Shown piece by piece: positions 39,693-51,907 of a stretch of DNA of 64,000 nucleotides. The position numbers and the translations under genes were made by a program. Each line of letters starts with the position of its first letter. Position 1 is the stretch's first letter. The notes beneath the pieces are model-generated. The model did not search any database. It saw only the letters and a program-made list of their open reading frames with translations, and had not been told where the DNA came from. Source of the DNA: Octopus sinensis (lineage: Eukaryota); assembly GCF_006345805.1 (NCBI RefSeq), contig NC_043009.1, positions 43,834,001-43,898,000 of the forward strand. The letters run 5' to 3'.

Positions 39693-41153
39693 AATAGACA
39701 TAATATAAATAATAAAGTAAGATATACTCCTTGCATAAATTCTGTGAAGCATAATATGGACGAATGTATATCCTAATACAGCAAACACTTTGTTGTTCAT
39801 CATCCAATTTGCAAGTCAAATTAAAAATAGCACAGTTGAATCCATTTACCGATTAATACAGAAGCATTTAAATAATGATAATAAGTATTGTGAAAAAAAA
39901 AACAACATTAATTCTAAATCTATAAGAGTTGGTCATTCCCTATCAAAGAATCTTTTTGCAATTATATCATTAATTAATAATAGAAAACTAGATTCTTTTT
40001 ATTACAACCGTACCCTTAATGAAAATGGTGGCAGAGTAAATTACAATAATTAAAAGACATATAGCCGATAGTAACTCCCTTCCTAACCCTAATAATAAAA
40101 TAATAAAAATGAAAACAAATCTATGAACAATAACGTTAATATGAATTGTGATTGTAGGATTAATGACAACTGCAATATTAACAATAATTGTAAACAAGAT
40201 AACTTAGTATGTGAGTGCAAAGCTAAATCTGAAGGGAAGGAATACCATTACATAGGTTCGACCGAAATTAGATTCAAACGAAGAATCGCAAACCACAATA
40301 GTTGATTTAGAAATAGACATGGATGTTAAAAGATAATGGTAAATATTTTATATGATTAAATAGGGGGTTGTTAGCCATGTCATGGCTTACCATATTTCAG
40401 ATAGAAAATGCCGCTTATGCACCGAAGAGATCTTTCAAATAATAAAATCTAAGCACAGATTATTTTAGATTGTTGACACTACTCAAAATATGTCTTTAGA
40501 AAATTTAATTAATTAGGAGATTGATATTAAACTGCAATTTTGTTTGTATAGACATGTTACCACTACTCTGAATATGTCTTTAGAAATGAAAATTATGAGT
40601 AGAAATATGATATAAAATAAGTAGTAATAATTTAATCTTATAACATCTAAACGTAAATTGAATGGCTTGGGGAAGATACATATTTTACTTGTAGTGATTA
40701 AACTTAATATAATTTAAGAAAATTAAATGAATTTATTAAATAGACTGTAAATGTAACCAAACATTAAGCTATTCTAATTTGTTATTACTAACCTAGATTT
40801 AATCTAGAAAATTAAATAAATTTATTGAACAGGTAACAAGTTAAACCTAACATTAAAAACACAGAAACAGTATAACTATGGCTTAATTTAAAAACCAAAC
40901 AAAAATTAAAATAATTGGAAATAACAAATATAAATAACATATACTATATTATATTATATCATATAATGCTTGAATTTCATTTCAATAATAAGAGAGAACA
41001 CGAACCTTTACTAGCTATTGAATAAAATAACAACTTTTAATCCAAGCATGGATATTAACCATGCAAGGATATTAGCATAAATAATAATAAAAATAATATA
41101 TACCTCATTGCATTATGTAATATTTAAATATATACTTAATAATAATAATAATA

Positions 41154-41191
<38 letters not shown>

Positions 41192-41960
41192 TTAATGAGA
41201 ATTGGCATTCACTAATTAACCAAATAATATATATTGTAATTTCAATACAAATTTTAGGAAGATATAAATTAAAATTTAAGTATAATTAGTATAACTTAGT
41301 ATAAATGTGCTAACAAACCTAACATAATATAATTATAAATATTATGTTAGATTATACACTACTTAAAAATCAGTTTAATAGTGATGGTAATAATAAAATT
41401 GAATATTGATCCCTATTTATTAACTGTATAACATTATACATTTTAATTTTTAATTTAGATAAAAATATTATATATCTATCAATGAAATCAATTTTGATGA
41501 CGTAATACACCAAATAAATCCACGTAATAATTATAAATGTATAGAGTAAGCCCAAATATGAATATTAAGTACACCATCCCGACATATATCTAAATATATA
41601 AATGTATAATCCTATAATATAATAACTAGTAATAAATATACTCATTAATATAATTACTTTGATAATCTTTCAATAATATACGCTTAAGATCTAATGAAAT
41701 AAATTCAGAGCGAAATTTCTATATACACACGCACGCACAGATACCACACACACATGTATACTAATACATGAATAGATAATATATACGCATACACACGCAT
41801 CCATGTGTATAAATATAGAAACAACATTCATAATCGCAAAAGTTTTAAACATACTTTTTTATCTCAATATAAATGATATATAATTAATTAACCCCTCACC
41901 ATAATGAATGCATACTTGAGAACCAATATAACTTAGGAAGAAAACACACACACACATATG

Positions 41961-42003
<43 letters not shown>

Positions 42004-42055
42004 CACGCACACAATATACATAACGAAGGCATCCATACATGGTTAATATATATAT

Positions 42056-42097
<42 letters not shown>

Positions 42098-43240
42098 ATA
42101 TATATAAAAGCACACACGTATACACACATGTACATGGATTTATTTCAGTTTATCTCACCTTCGTGCATTCAATATTATCGTATTTTATTTCTGCTTTATT
42201 TACTATATGTTTATTCTATTTTTACTTATTATTTTCATTTTTATTTTATTTATTATTTTAATTTTTATTTTTGTCTTTATATTTTTTATATTTCGATTTT
42301 ATTTTATTTCATTTTTATCGTACCTTTACTTTATTTCTGCTCATACATAAATCAATCTATACACCTAAAGAAGCAAATTGGAAAAGAACATTTATACCAG
42401 TACACATACATATTGACATACATACTTGTTGCGTGTGTGTGTGTGTGCTTGTGTGTGCTTGTGTGTGTGTGTGTATGTGTGTGTATATATATATATATAT
42501 ATATGTGTATGTATGTATGGCTTCCTGATGAGGACGAGACCAAGATGAGAATGTTCAAATTACAACAGCATATACTTACTTCCTGCCAGTCAGATACTGT
42601 GGTATCCTCTGCTTATAGTATGTTGCTGTATAGGTGAGTCGTAAAGAGACTATCGTATGTATTATCAGCTTTGTCACATTACAAAAGAAGGTAACAATTC
42701 CGACAAATTAACGTCAAATTTCCGTTTGCGAAGCATTCCCCCGAGAAACGTTAAATAACAGCTATTTGATTGTACACAAATACGTAGACATTAATGCAAG
42801 TTAATCCGTTTTGGTGTAATTGGATTTAAAGTGCTGTTTGGGAATATTTTCCAAGCATTTTAGTAACAGAATCAAAAATGTTTTGTCCTTTGAAGTCAAA
42901 GAATTCGAAGTGAATTAATACGAGGGATAAGTTTTATCGAAATCGCATTGTTTTTGGATTTGCAAGTGATTCAGCTACAGAATGCTGGAAAATAGCATCA
43001 AACAACATTTACATACAAACACACATACATACATATATACACATACATATATATTTATATACACATACATATATATAAATACACATGTATATATAGATAT
43101 ATATATATACAGACATATATGCAGTATATATGTATGCGTATACATACATGTACATACGTATGTCTGTATGTACACGTGTGTGTGTATATATATATATATA
43201 TGTATCTATAAATATATATATATATATATGTATATGTATG

Positions 43241-43309
<69 letters not shown>

Positions 43310-43426
43310 ATAAATTCAGGGTGAATACTTGATAATGTAAGCACCTGTATATGCCAGCTAGTGGCATAGGTGATAGGATATATGTATCAAATGAAGTAAA
43401 AGAAAAAACAGGACGCAAAGGATTTT

Positions 43427-43520
43427 GCGGTACATATGTTTCGGGCTTTATTGAACAACTTATTCTTATATCAATGTATAATTGATATAACAGATAGATC
43501 AAAAGCCTTCTTCAGCCGCG
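43427..43520 (-). ncRNA. Type-I hammerhead ribozyme motif, best-formed copy in the window
   Basis: GCGG-CTGAAGA-A-GGCTTT..AAAGCC-C-GAAAC-ATAT-GTA-CCGC: 4-bp all-GC stem I, 6-bp stem II base, palindromic stem III, predicted cleavage between 43431 and 43430. Confidence 0.75.
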
Positions 43521-44902
43521 TACAATTGCCACACCAAAGTCTTGTATCACATTATAACAGGTTTGAGAAAAAGTTTGAGAAAAACCGAGTTTCATTGGGA
43601 AAGTAAATCCTCATAGGCGTACATGGTATTGCTAGACTCCAAAACAAATCGTTCATACCGTTTTTTCACTCGATATAGAATGAATACTGGGTAGATTACT
43701 TCATATAAGGGAAGGAATTGGATGTTGAGAGAAAGAGGAAAGGAGGGGAAGGGGGTGAAACTTTAATGAAGTTGGGATCACAAAAAAGAAAAAATATATA
43801 TATGTTGGATCTTCTGTCGAAAATGATGTGTAAGTGTTCGATAATGAGGGCAGAAGCAACTCCGACAAACTTGAAATAATAAGATGAGGGCAACATTCAA
43901 ACAAATCATCCGTTAAACTGGAAAGTTACAGGATATAGTATGGCATCCACACAAAAGCACACTATCCAGAGATAAGAACCCTACAATATACTTAATTTGT
44001 TTTCATTATTTACGATTTAAGCATGTTCAGATAAAAATTCTACAATGAAGTTAAGTTTTTTATCGTTATTTACAATTTTAATATGCTCAAAGAATTTTAT
44101 CTAATTTGATGACTACGCGTATAGATTCCTAGTCTTGAAAGTGTTTTGGACAGTCGATTGCAAGTTGCTCCTGTCAGACTTATGTTACTTTGCGCAGCAT
44201 GGGAGCAGAGAACTCGATTTCAGACAATGCCATTGCTTCATCCTTCTTTTAATATTGAATAGCTCGGTTGTGGTATTTTAGTCTTGCTAGGGGCCTACTC
44301 TCTTTATTTAAATACCCATAAGACTTCCACTCAATTTCCGTCTTGTAAATTCACTCAAAAAGCATTGAGAAAATGGGGCTTTAGTAAGAGACACTTAACC
44401 AAGATGCCGCGTGGTGGGATTGAACCCGTAATCAAGTGGCTCCAAAGTGAGACTATACATGCACACAAACACACAGATTGGCTTACTCACATTCACACTT
44501 TTAATGACATAGAGACTCACACACACACATACACACACACACACATACACACACACACATACACATGTACACACACAGCGCGTTGATACATCCACTATCA
44601 CACACACACAAACACACATGCAAACATACACGTACGCACCCTGAAATATAATACACATGTTGAAACATGTAATTAGTCCCGTCAAGCACGCATGCTTAGT
44701 AAACACCGGGCACATGCACGCATGCGCACACTTATCTAAATTTAATCGCTAGACTTATATACACACAGCTATCATTTATATATATGATTACACACACACA
44801 TAGCATTACACACATTACACACACACATAGCATTAATATAAATATATATGTATATATATGTGTATATATATAAACATTTATATATTAACATATACTTAAG
44901 CA

Positions 44903-45452
44903 GGCTTACCAACCACATGGTTCCGGGTTCAGTACCACTGCGTGGTACCTTGGGCAAGTGTCTTCTACTATAGCCTCGGGCCGACCAAAGCCTTGTGAAT
45001 GGATCTGGTAAACGGAAACTGAAAGAATCCCGTCGTATATATATATATATATATATCTAGGCAAATTAATAAAATATATACATACAGTATTAGATATGTA
45101 CATATATACACAAGGATACTACATGAGTACCTATATCGCTAATGATAGAAGTCAAAAAATACTTCGGTACCACCGAATAGTCACAAATCTATTACAGACA
45201 AGATAGGAAAAAATATCAGTGAACAATAATAATGTCTTACCTCAAATGGGTCAGAACAAGTTTTTAAGGTAAGACATTATTGTTCTGACCCAAGACATTA
45301 TTGTTCTGACCCAACATGTTCTGACCCATTTGAGGTAAGACCCTTGTGTATATATGTACATATCTAATAGTGTATGTATATATTCTATTAATTTCCCTGT
45401 ACGGCTGATAATTCGCTTACCACTTGTGATGGTATTTTAATAATACCATCCC

Positions 45453-45531
<79 letters not shown>

Positions 45532-45750
45532 AATATATATATATATATATCATGTTGTGTGTCTGTGTTTGCTTCCCATTGACAACAGATGCTGGTGTGT
45601 TTATGTCCCCGTCACTTAGCAGTTCGGCAAGAGAGAACGTAGATAGAATAAGTTCTAGGCTTACAAAGAATGTCTTAGGGTCTATTTGCTCTACTAAAGG
45701 CAGTACTTCAGCATGGCCGCAGTCAAATGACTGAAACAAATAAAAGAATA
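44903..45750 (+). mobile_element. SINE A with about 0.5 kb of extra sequence inside its internal (TA)n
   Basis: The 5' half (44903-45035) and 3' half (about 45555-45750) both match family A. Confidence 0.75.
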
Positions 45751-45879
45751 CTTATATTTATTTACATACGCACGTTCTTACATATACATATATACGTTCT
45801 ATATGTATATATATATATGAATATATGCATTATATATATATATATATAATATATATGCATATATATATATATATATCTA

Positions 45880-45936
<57 letters not shown>

Positions 45937-46481
45937 ATATATATATATATCATATATATATATATATATATGAATAATGGAGATTCAGTTGAATTAGGTA
46001 CTTAGTTGAAGCACCAAGTCAGTCCGGTATTATCCGCACAGCTCAAAGTAAGGTGAATAAAATCAAAATAAGCACCAGGATATGAAGAAGTGTAACAGTA
46101 CGACTCTTTCAGACGGCTCCATTTAATTGAACAATGCAATCATTACATCAATTTAAATACAGGGCTATCCTCGGCTGCACAAATAAATAAACAGAATTTT
46201 AATCAGTTGGGCACATTAATATAATTTTACTCAAATACTTTAATAGAGCAAGAAGATAGAAAAAGACAATGTTCTCGGTATAGTAGCTAAGTATATACTA
46301 CACTTCCAAGAAATGTATGAAGTTTGTTGGGGTCATAGCAGCTGAGGATAGCTCTGCACTTAAATTGATGTAATGATTGCATTGTTCAATTAAGTGGAGT
46401 TGCTTGAAACGGTCGTACTGCATCACTTCTTGATATCCTGTTGCTTATTTTGATATATAAACACATATATAAACAATTGCA

Positions 46482-46657
46482 GCGTGTAAGGTGTTTATAA
46501 GCCATTTAAAACACAAAAACCGTTAGATTCACTTCAACATTTAAATATAATTTGCTAAAATATTTTTGTCGCTTTGAGACCGCGACTTGTTCACTGACAA
46601 AATTCCGATGCAGCACCGGATTTTGTGTTTTAAATGGCATATAAACACCTTCCACGC
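46482..46657. mobile_element. 176-bp element bounded by 41-bp inverted repeats (MITE-like or PLE inversion)
   Basis: 46482-46522 versus the reverse complement of 46617-46657: 3 mismatches. Confidence 0.7.
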
Positions 46658-46706
46658 AGATCGGGTCACTTGCTATGCATGTACACCTCCTTAATATCTC
46701 TCTGTC

Positions 46707-46781
<75 letters not shown>

Positions 46782-47069
46782 GTACATACATAAATACATT
46801 TTTGTACATATATAAATATATTCTTGTATATATATATATATATATATATATGCATGTATATTATAGATATGAGTGTGTATCTATCTATATATCTATGTGC
46901 GTGTGTTTGTATATTTTTTTATTCGTGTACTTGTCTCAGTCATTTGACCGCCGCCATGTTGGAGCATCAGTTAGGACTTATAAATACACAGACACACATA
47001 CATTTATATGTATGTATGTATGTATGGATGTATGTATGTATGTATGTAGTATGTATGTATGTATGTATG

Positions 47070-47103
<34 letters not shown>

Positions 47104-47755
47104 TATATATAATAGATATATATAATGCATGATGTGTTTGTGTATATATATATATATATTATATATATATATATATAGAATATATATATACACACACACG
47201 TATATATAAATTCCGATACACACCCACATACGAACACACGCATGTACGTCTATATACGTAGATACAACCACAAACATTGATATAGACATGAATACATGTA
47301 TGTTTATTTACGAATTACTGTGTGTATATATATGTTTAGAAGCATCAATTTCACATCTACAAGTAGTACTTTAATTAGATTTTAGTTATCATCGCTAATC
47401 TGCTTTAGTTCATTCTACCAACTTAGTAGTTCTTCAGTTCTTCACTCTCTTCGAATTTCCTCGCTACGTTCTTCAGCTCTTGACATTGATCCCCACACTA
47501 ATGTAACCTGGTTTTTAAGTAAACATTCAAGTGACCCTTACACACTTCGTGCATTAGCTGTGGTCAGAAACACAAACACACACACACATACACCCACTTT
47601 AATAATATAAAGTTAGACTCACAAAAGTACATACACACACACGCATATACACACACAGACACACACACACACATACACTCACACACGCACACACACCTTT
47701 AATTATATAGAGGGGTTAGTAGGCCGCGCTCTTAACCACTACGCCATATGCCCAC

Positions 47756-47828
47756 GGGCATATGGCGTAGTATTTAAGAGCACAGGCTACTAACCCCAAG
47801 ATTCCGAGTTCGATTCCAGGTAGTGACA
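47756..47828 (+). mobile_element. tRNA-like head (ACT anticodon-like loop) of a repeat; not a canonical tRNA gene
   Basis: GGGCATATGGCGTAGT..AAGAGC..GGCTACTAACCCC..GAGTTCGATTCC has A/B-box-like motifs but the acceptor stem does not close. Related copies at 39276-39352 and 39506-39548. Confidence 0.7.
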
Positions 47829-47863
47829 TGAATAATAATAATATAATAATAATAATAATAATA

Positions 47864-47901
<38 letters not shown>

Positions 47902-47913
47902 TAATAATAATAA

Positions 47914-48865
47914 GGGTTTATCATAGCAACTCAAGATCAATGCCTACCAACAGGGTTTATCATAGTAGCTCAAGATCAATGCCTACCAACAGGGTTTATC
48001 ATAGCAGCCCAAGATCAATGCCTACCAACAGGGTTTATCATAGATAGCAGCTCAAGATCAAGGCCTACCAACAAGGAACTACCAGGCCAATATATTAAAG
48101 AACGGCAGTAGCCCGACATGTCGTGTATGTCAACAACAAAATGAAACCACTGATCATGTTGTCTCCAAGTGCAGTCTTCTAGCGCCTACAGAGTATCTCA
48201 ACAGGCATGATAGAGCTGCACAATATATTCACTGGGTAATTTGCAAAAAGCTTGATTTGCACCATGAAAAAAACTGGTGGGAACACAAACCACCTTTAGT
48301 GCTTGAAAATGACCACATCTCACTCCTCTGGAACTTCCCCGTTCAAACTGACAGAAAGATAGATGCAAATAGGCCAGACATCATATTGAAAGACTTCAAA
48401 CAAAGAACCTGCCTCCTCATTGATATGACTGTCCCAATCGATATAAACGTATCTGTCGAGACCTACCAAAAACTGAGCAAATATAAAGACCTTGAAATAG
48501 AAATCAGCAAAATGTGGAAGCTGAAGACTAAAACAATACCTGTTGTCATAGGTGCCCTGGGAATGATAGCAAAAGGGGCTGATCGCTACCTAACTCAGAT
48601 ACCAGGAAACCCCAAAATGGCAGAAATTCAAAAGATAGTGCTCATGGGAACTGCTCATATCCTACGCAAATACTTTCTATGTAATCTCAAGGTTTAAAAC
48701 AAACATAATTTTCGACATTCACTAGTACAACACAAAGTACAAAACCAAATATATGACACACTAGGCATAACAACATCACGAACTTCCAGCCTGTTGTCTT
48801 TGAGCTCTCTGGGTGAGACTTGGAGCCAACTTGTACAAATATAAAGCAAAAGTCAAACATAGAAT
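47914..48865 (+). mobile_element. 5'-truncated R4/Dong-like LINE (CCHC plus REL endonuclease plus 3' UTR) inside an (AAT)n tract
   Basis: AQDQGLPTRNY..CRVC..ETTDHVVSKC..RHDRAAQYIHW..NRPDII..LIDMTVP.D..KLSKY.DL..IPVVIGALG..GTAHILRK. (AAT)n on both sides. Confidence 0.92.
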
Positions 48866-48871
48866 ATAATA

Positions 48872-48903
<32 letters not shown>

Positions 48904-49036
48904 TAATAATAATAATAATATAATAATAATAATAATAATAATAATATAATAACAATAATAATAATAATAATACTAATAATAACAATAATAATAAAATAAA
49001 TAATAATAATAATAATAATATAATAATAATAATAAT

Positions 49037-49187
49037 GATAACATCGAAAAATACCTTAGGAATAACCCAGGTTCGAAATTTCCCCAAGACACCTGATGAA
49101 GGCTGGAGGGTATATAAGCAGAAACGTTATGTTAAGAACAAACAAGATGAGGACAAATATCTGTCAAATGTAAATAATGTAAATAAT
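49037..49187 (+). mobile_element. Body of the tRNA-like element, with hammerhead motif at 49088-49133
   Basis: GACAC-CTGATGA-A-GGCT..AGCA-GAAACGTT-ATGTT: core intact, with mismatches at the bases of stems I and II. Confidence 0.7.
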
Positions 49188-49298
49188 GAACTACGTTAAG
49201 GGTCTGTGGAGTGGTCAGCCAGTTGCATGTTAGTTTAACGAGCAGGCTGCTCCGTTCATCGAATGAACAGGAACTCTCGTCGTCGTAACCAACGGAGT
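49188..49298 (+). mobile_element. SINE D tail fragment
   Basis: GAACTACGTTAAGGGT..CTCGTCGTCGTAACC matches the 32370-32490 tail. Confidence 0.75.
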
Positions 49299-49301
49299 AC
49301 T

Positions 49302-49360
<59 letters not shown>

Positions 49361-49775
49361 AGAGAGAGAAGAGTGAGAGAGAGAGAGAGAGAGAGAGAAA
49401 GAAAGAGTGGGAGAGATTTCATCAGACATTAATGTCATCAGACATTGATGGTTTCTGGTTGCATCGCTGTTTAACTTTAGAATATTTGCCATTACACATC
49501 AATCAGAAAGTTCCGTTGGATTCTTGGGCGGTGTTTGTGAATCACCTTAACTTATCAGAGAGACAGATATATAGATAATAGATGAAAAAAAAAAGGAAAT
49601 AATAATATTGACCCTTGTTTTGAGGTCATTGCAGGTCGAATCTATAGGGAGTTTCGCATACATAACAATCCCATAGGGTTACTCTGGAAGAGACGAATAA
49701 TAAGCGTTGCCCAACATATAGCATAGGAGCTTTTAGGAACGCACTCGGAGGCATTTTCCCTAAATAAATATAAGG

Positions 49776-49825
<50 letters not shown>

Positions 49826-50189
49826 ACAGCCACCATACCACACACCACCACACCACACCACCACACCCACCAACACACACCACACCACAACACAACATAC
49901 CACACATCACCACACTACACCACATTGCACACCCTGCACACACTAGCATTGACCACTTCCCAACACCCACACCACACACCACCACACCACACCCCATCAT
50001 ACCACCCCGCAAACACTAGCGCTGACCACTTCCCAGCACCCACACCATCATCCATACACCTACACATGCACACACCCATACGTCAAGGTCGCCAGCCCCT
50101 GTCCACACGCACACACACGCTCTCACATACACACGCACGCGTACCTTCATTTTGGGATCACCACTACTTTATTATCTTCCCTTCTTCCT

Positions 50190-50430
50190 AGCTGTCCTCT
50201 CTGACCACCTCTGTCCGGCCATCGCCATGATTGGCCGCTAGCTATTGAAGCTTTCTTTTTTTTTATTCTCTCTCTGTTTATTTTCTCGTGTTCCTTTCTG
50301 TTGAAGAGCGTAGGCTTGAAACATAAAAGACTTTCTCACCTTTCCGAGCGTTAAACTAATACACCTGTTTGTTGTTTACACACCTAGCTTCGTCTTTCGT
50401 TTTTGTAAATTCAACTAAATTAAAACTATA
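50190..50430 (+). mobile_element. Hammerhead-like repeat, family H2 (CTGTTGA variant core at 50294-50329)
   Basis: CTTT-CTGTTGA-A-GAGC-GTAG-GCTT-GAAAC-ATA-AAAG. Related copy at 57143-57205. Confidence 0.5.
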
Positions 50431-50482
50431 TATAAAAATGGCATATATATATATATTATATATATATATATATATATAATAT

Positions 50483-50524
<42 letters not shown>

Positions 50525-50908
50525 GTGTGTGTGTGTATGTGCGTGTGCGTGTGTAAAGTATATATGGGTGTGTATATCTATATGTGTATCTCTCTGTATT
50601 TGTCTTTGCCCTACTACCGCTTGAAAACCAGAGTTTGTTTGTTTACGACTCTGTAACTTAGCGGTTTGCTAAAGAAACATAGACTTTAAAAAATAAGCAC
50701 TGGAGTTTATTTGCTTGACTTAATCCCTTCATGGCCATGTCCCGGTATGGCTGCAGTCCAATGAATGAAGCGAGCAAAAGATAAAGAATAAATATATAAC
50801 AGGTAGTGCTGAAGCATGACTTTGACCTTCATGGGTAAAACAAACTAAATATAGTATGGAGCACAAACAAAAAATATATACCGCCTGTGTGTGTGTGCAA
50901 AGACACAC

Positions 50909-50987
<79 letters not shown>

Positions 50988-51076
50988 CAAGTTCAACTGC
51001 ACAGCCAACGGAACTGAATCGCAATGTTGTGTCCTCCACTAGGTTACTTAAAATTCCTTTAATATTATACTTTTCT

Positions 51077-51308
51077 TATTTCTTTATTGCCCACAAGGGG
51101 CTAAACACAGAGGGGACAAACGAGGACAGACAAACGGATTAAGTCGATTACATCGACCCCAGTGCGTAATTGGTACTTAATTTATCGACCCCGAAAGGAT
51201 GAAAGGCAAAGTCGACCTCGGCGGAATTTGAACTCAGAACGTGACGGCAGACGAAATACCGCTAAGCATTTTGCCCGGCGTGCTATCGCTTCTGCCAGGT
51301 CGCTCGCC
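51077..51308 (-). mobile_element. SINE C, full length, 12-bp TSD
   Basis: TTATACTTTTCT at 51065-51076 and 51309-51320. Confidence 0.92.
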
Positions 51309-51496
51309 TTATACTTTTCTGGTAAAGATACATGCATCTATGACGTATGATACAATACACACATGCACAGCCAGCCAGTCAGCCAGTCAGCCAACCAGTC
51401 AACCATGCATATGGAGTTAGATACTGAGTTTTATGCATGCAATGTGCAATCATAGTTTATATACATTAAGTCTATACTTATCTGATATATTACTGG

Positions 51497-51595
<99 letters not shown>

Positions 51596-51795
51596 ATACA
51601 TACTTATTTAGTTTTGTAATAATGAAACTGATGACAATCTGATGTACGCTAAATTCAAGCATACAGGATACCATATGAGATGGTATACAAAAATAATATT
51701 GTGGAAAATCGAGAGAAATCATTTTCTGGCGCAACATTGATATTTTGTTTATATACACATATATACATGCATTCAAATATACATAGTTTTGTATT

Positions 51796-51907
<112 letters not shown>

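Larger units (their letters stand above)
38290..40470 (+). mobile_element. Decayed Penelope-like element (RT thumb, linker, C-terminal GIY-YIG; Neptune/Nematis-like layout), interrupted twice
   Basis: Reconstructed peptides: LD.NFNLVTGKYEPYYKPN..YINNLSNHP..IEKRL; FASQIKN..LIQKHL; CDC..C..C..L..ECK..YIGSTEIRFKRRIANH; RKCRLCTEE. Confidence 0.8.

Noticed and set aside
42521-42545. CTGATGAGGACGAGAC
   Set aside because: GAGA instead of GAAA and no stems.
47756-47828. Functional tRNA-Ser gene
   Set aside because: The acceptor stem does not pair and the sequence recurs as part of a repeat; treated as a tRNA-derived head.
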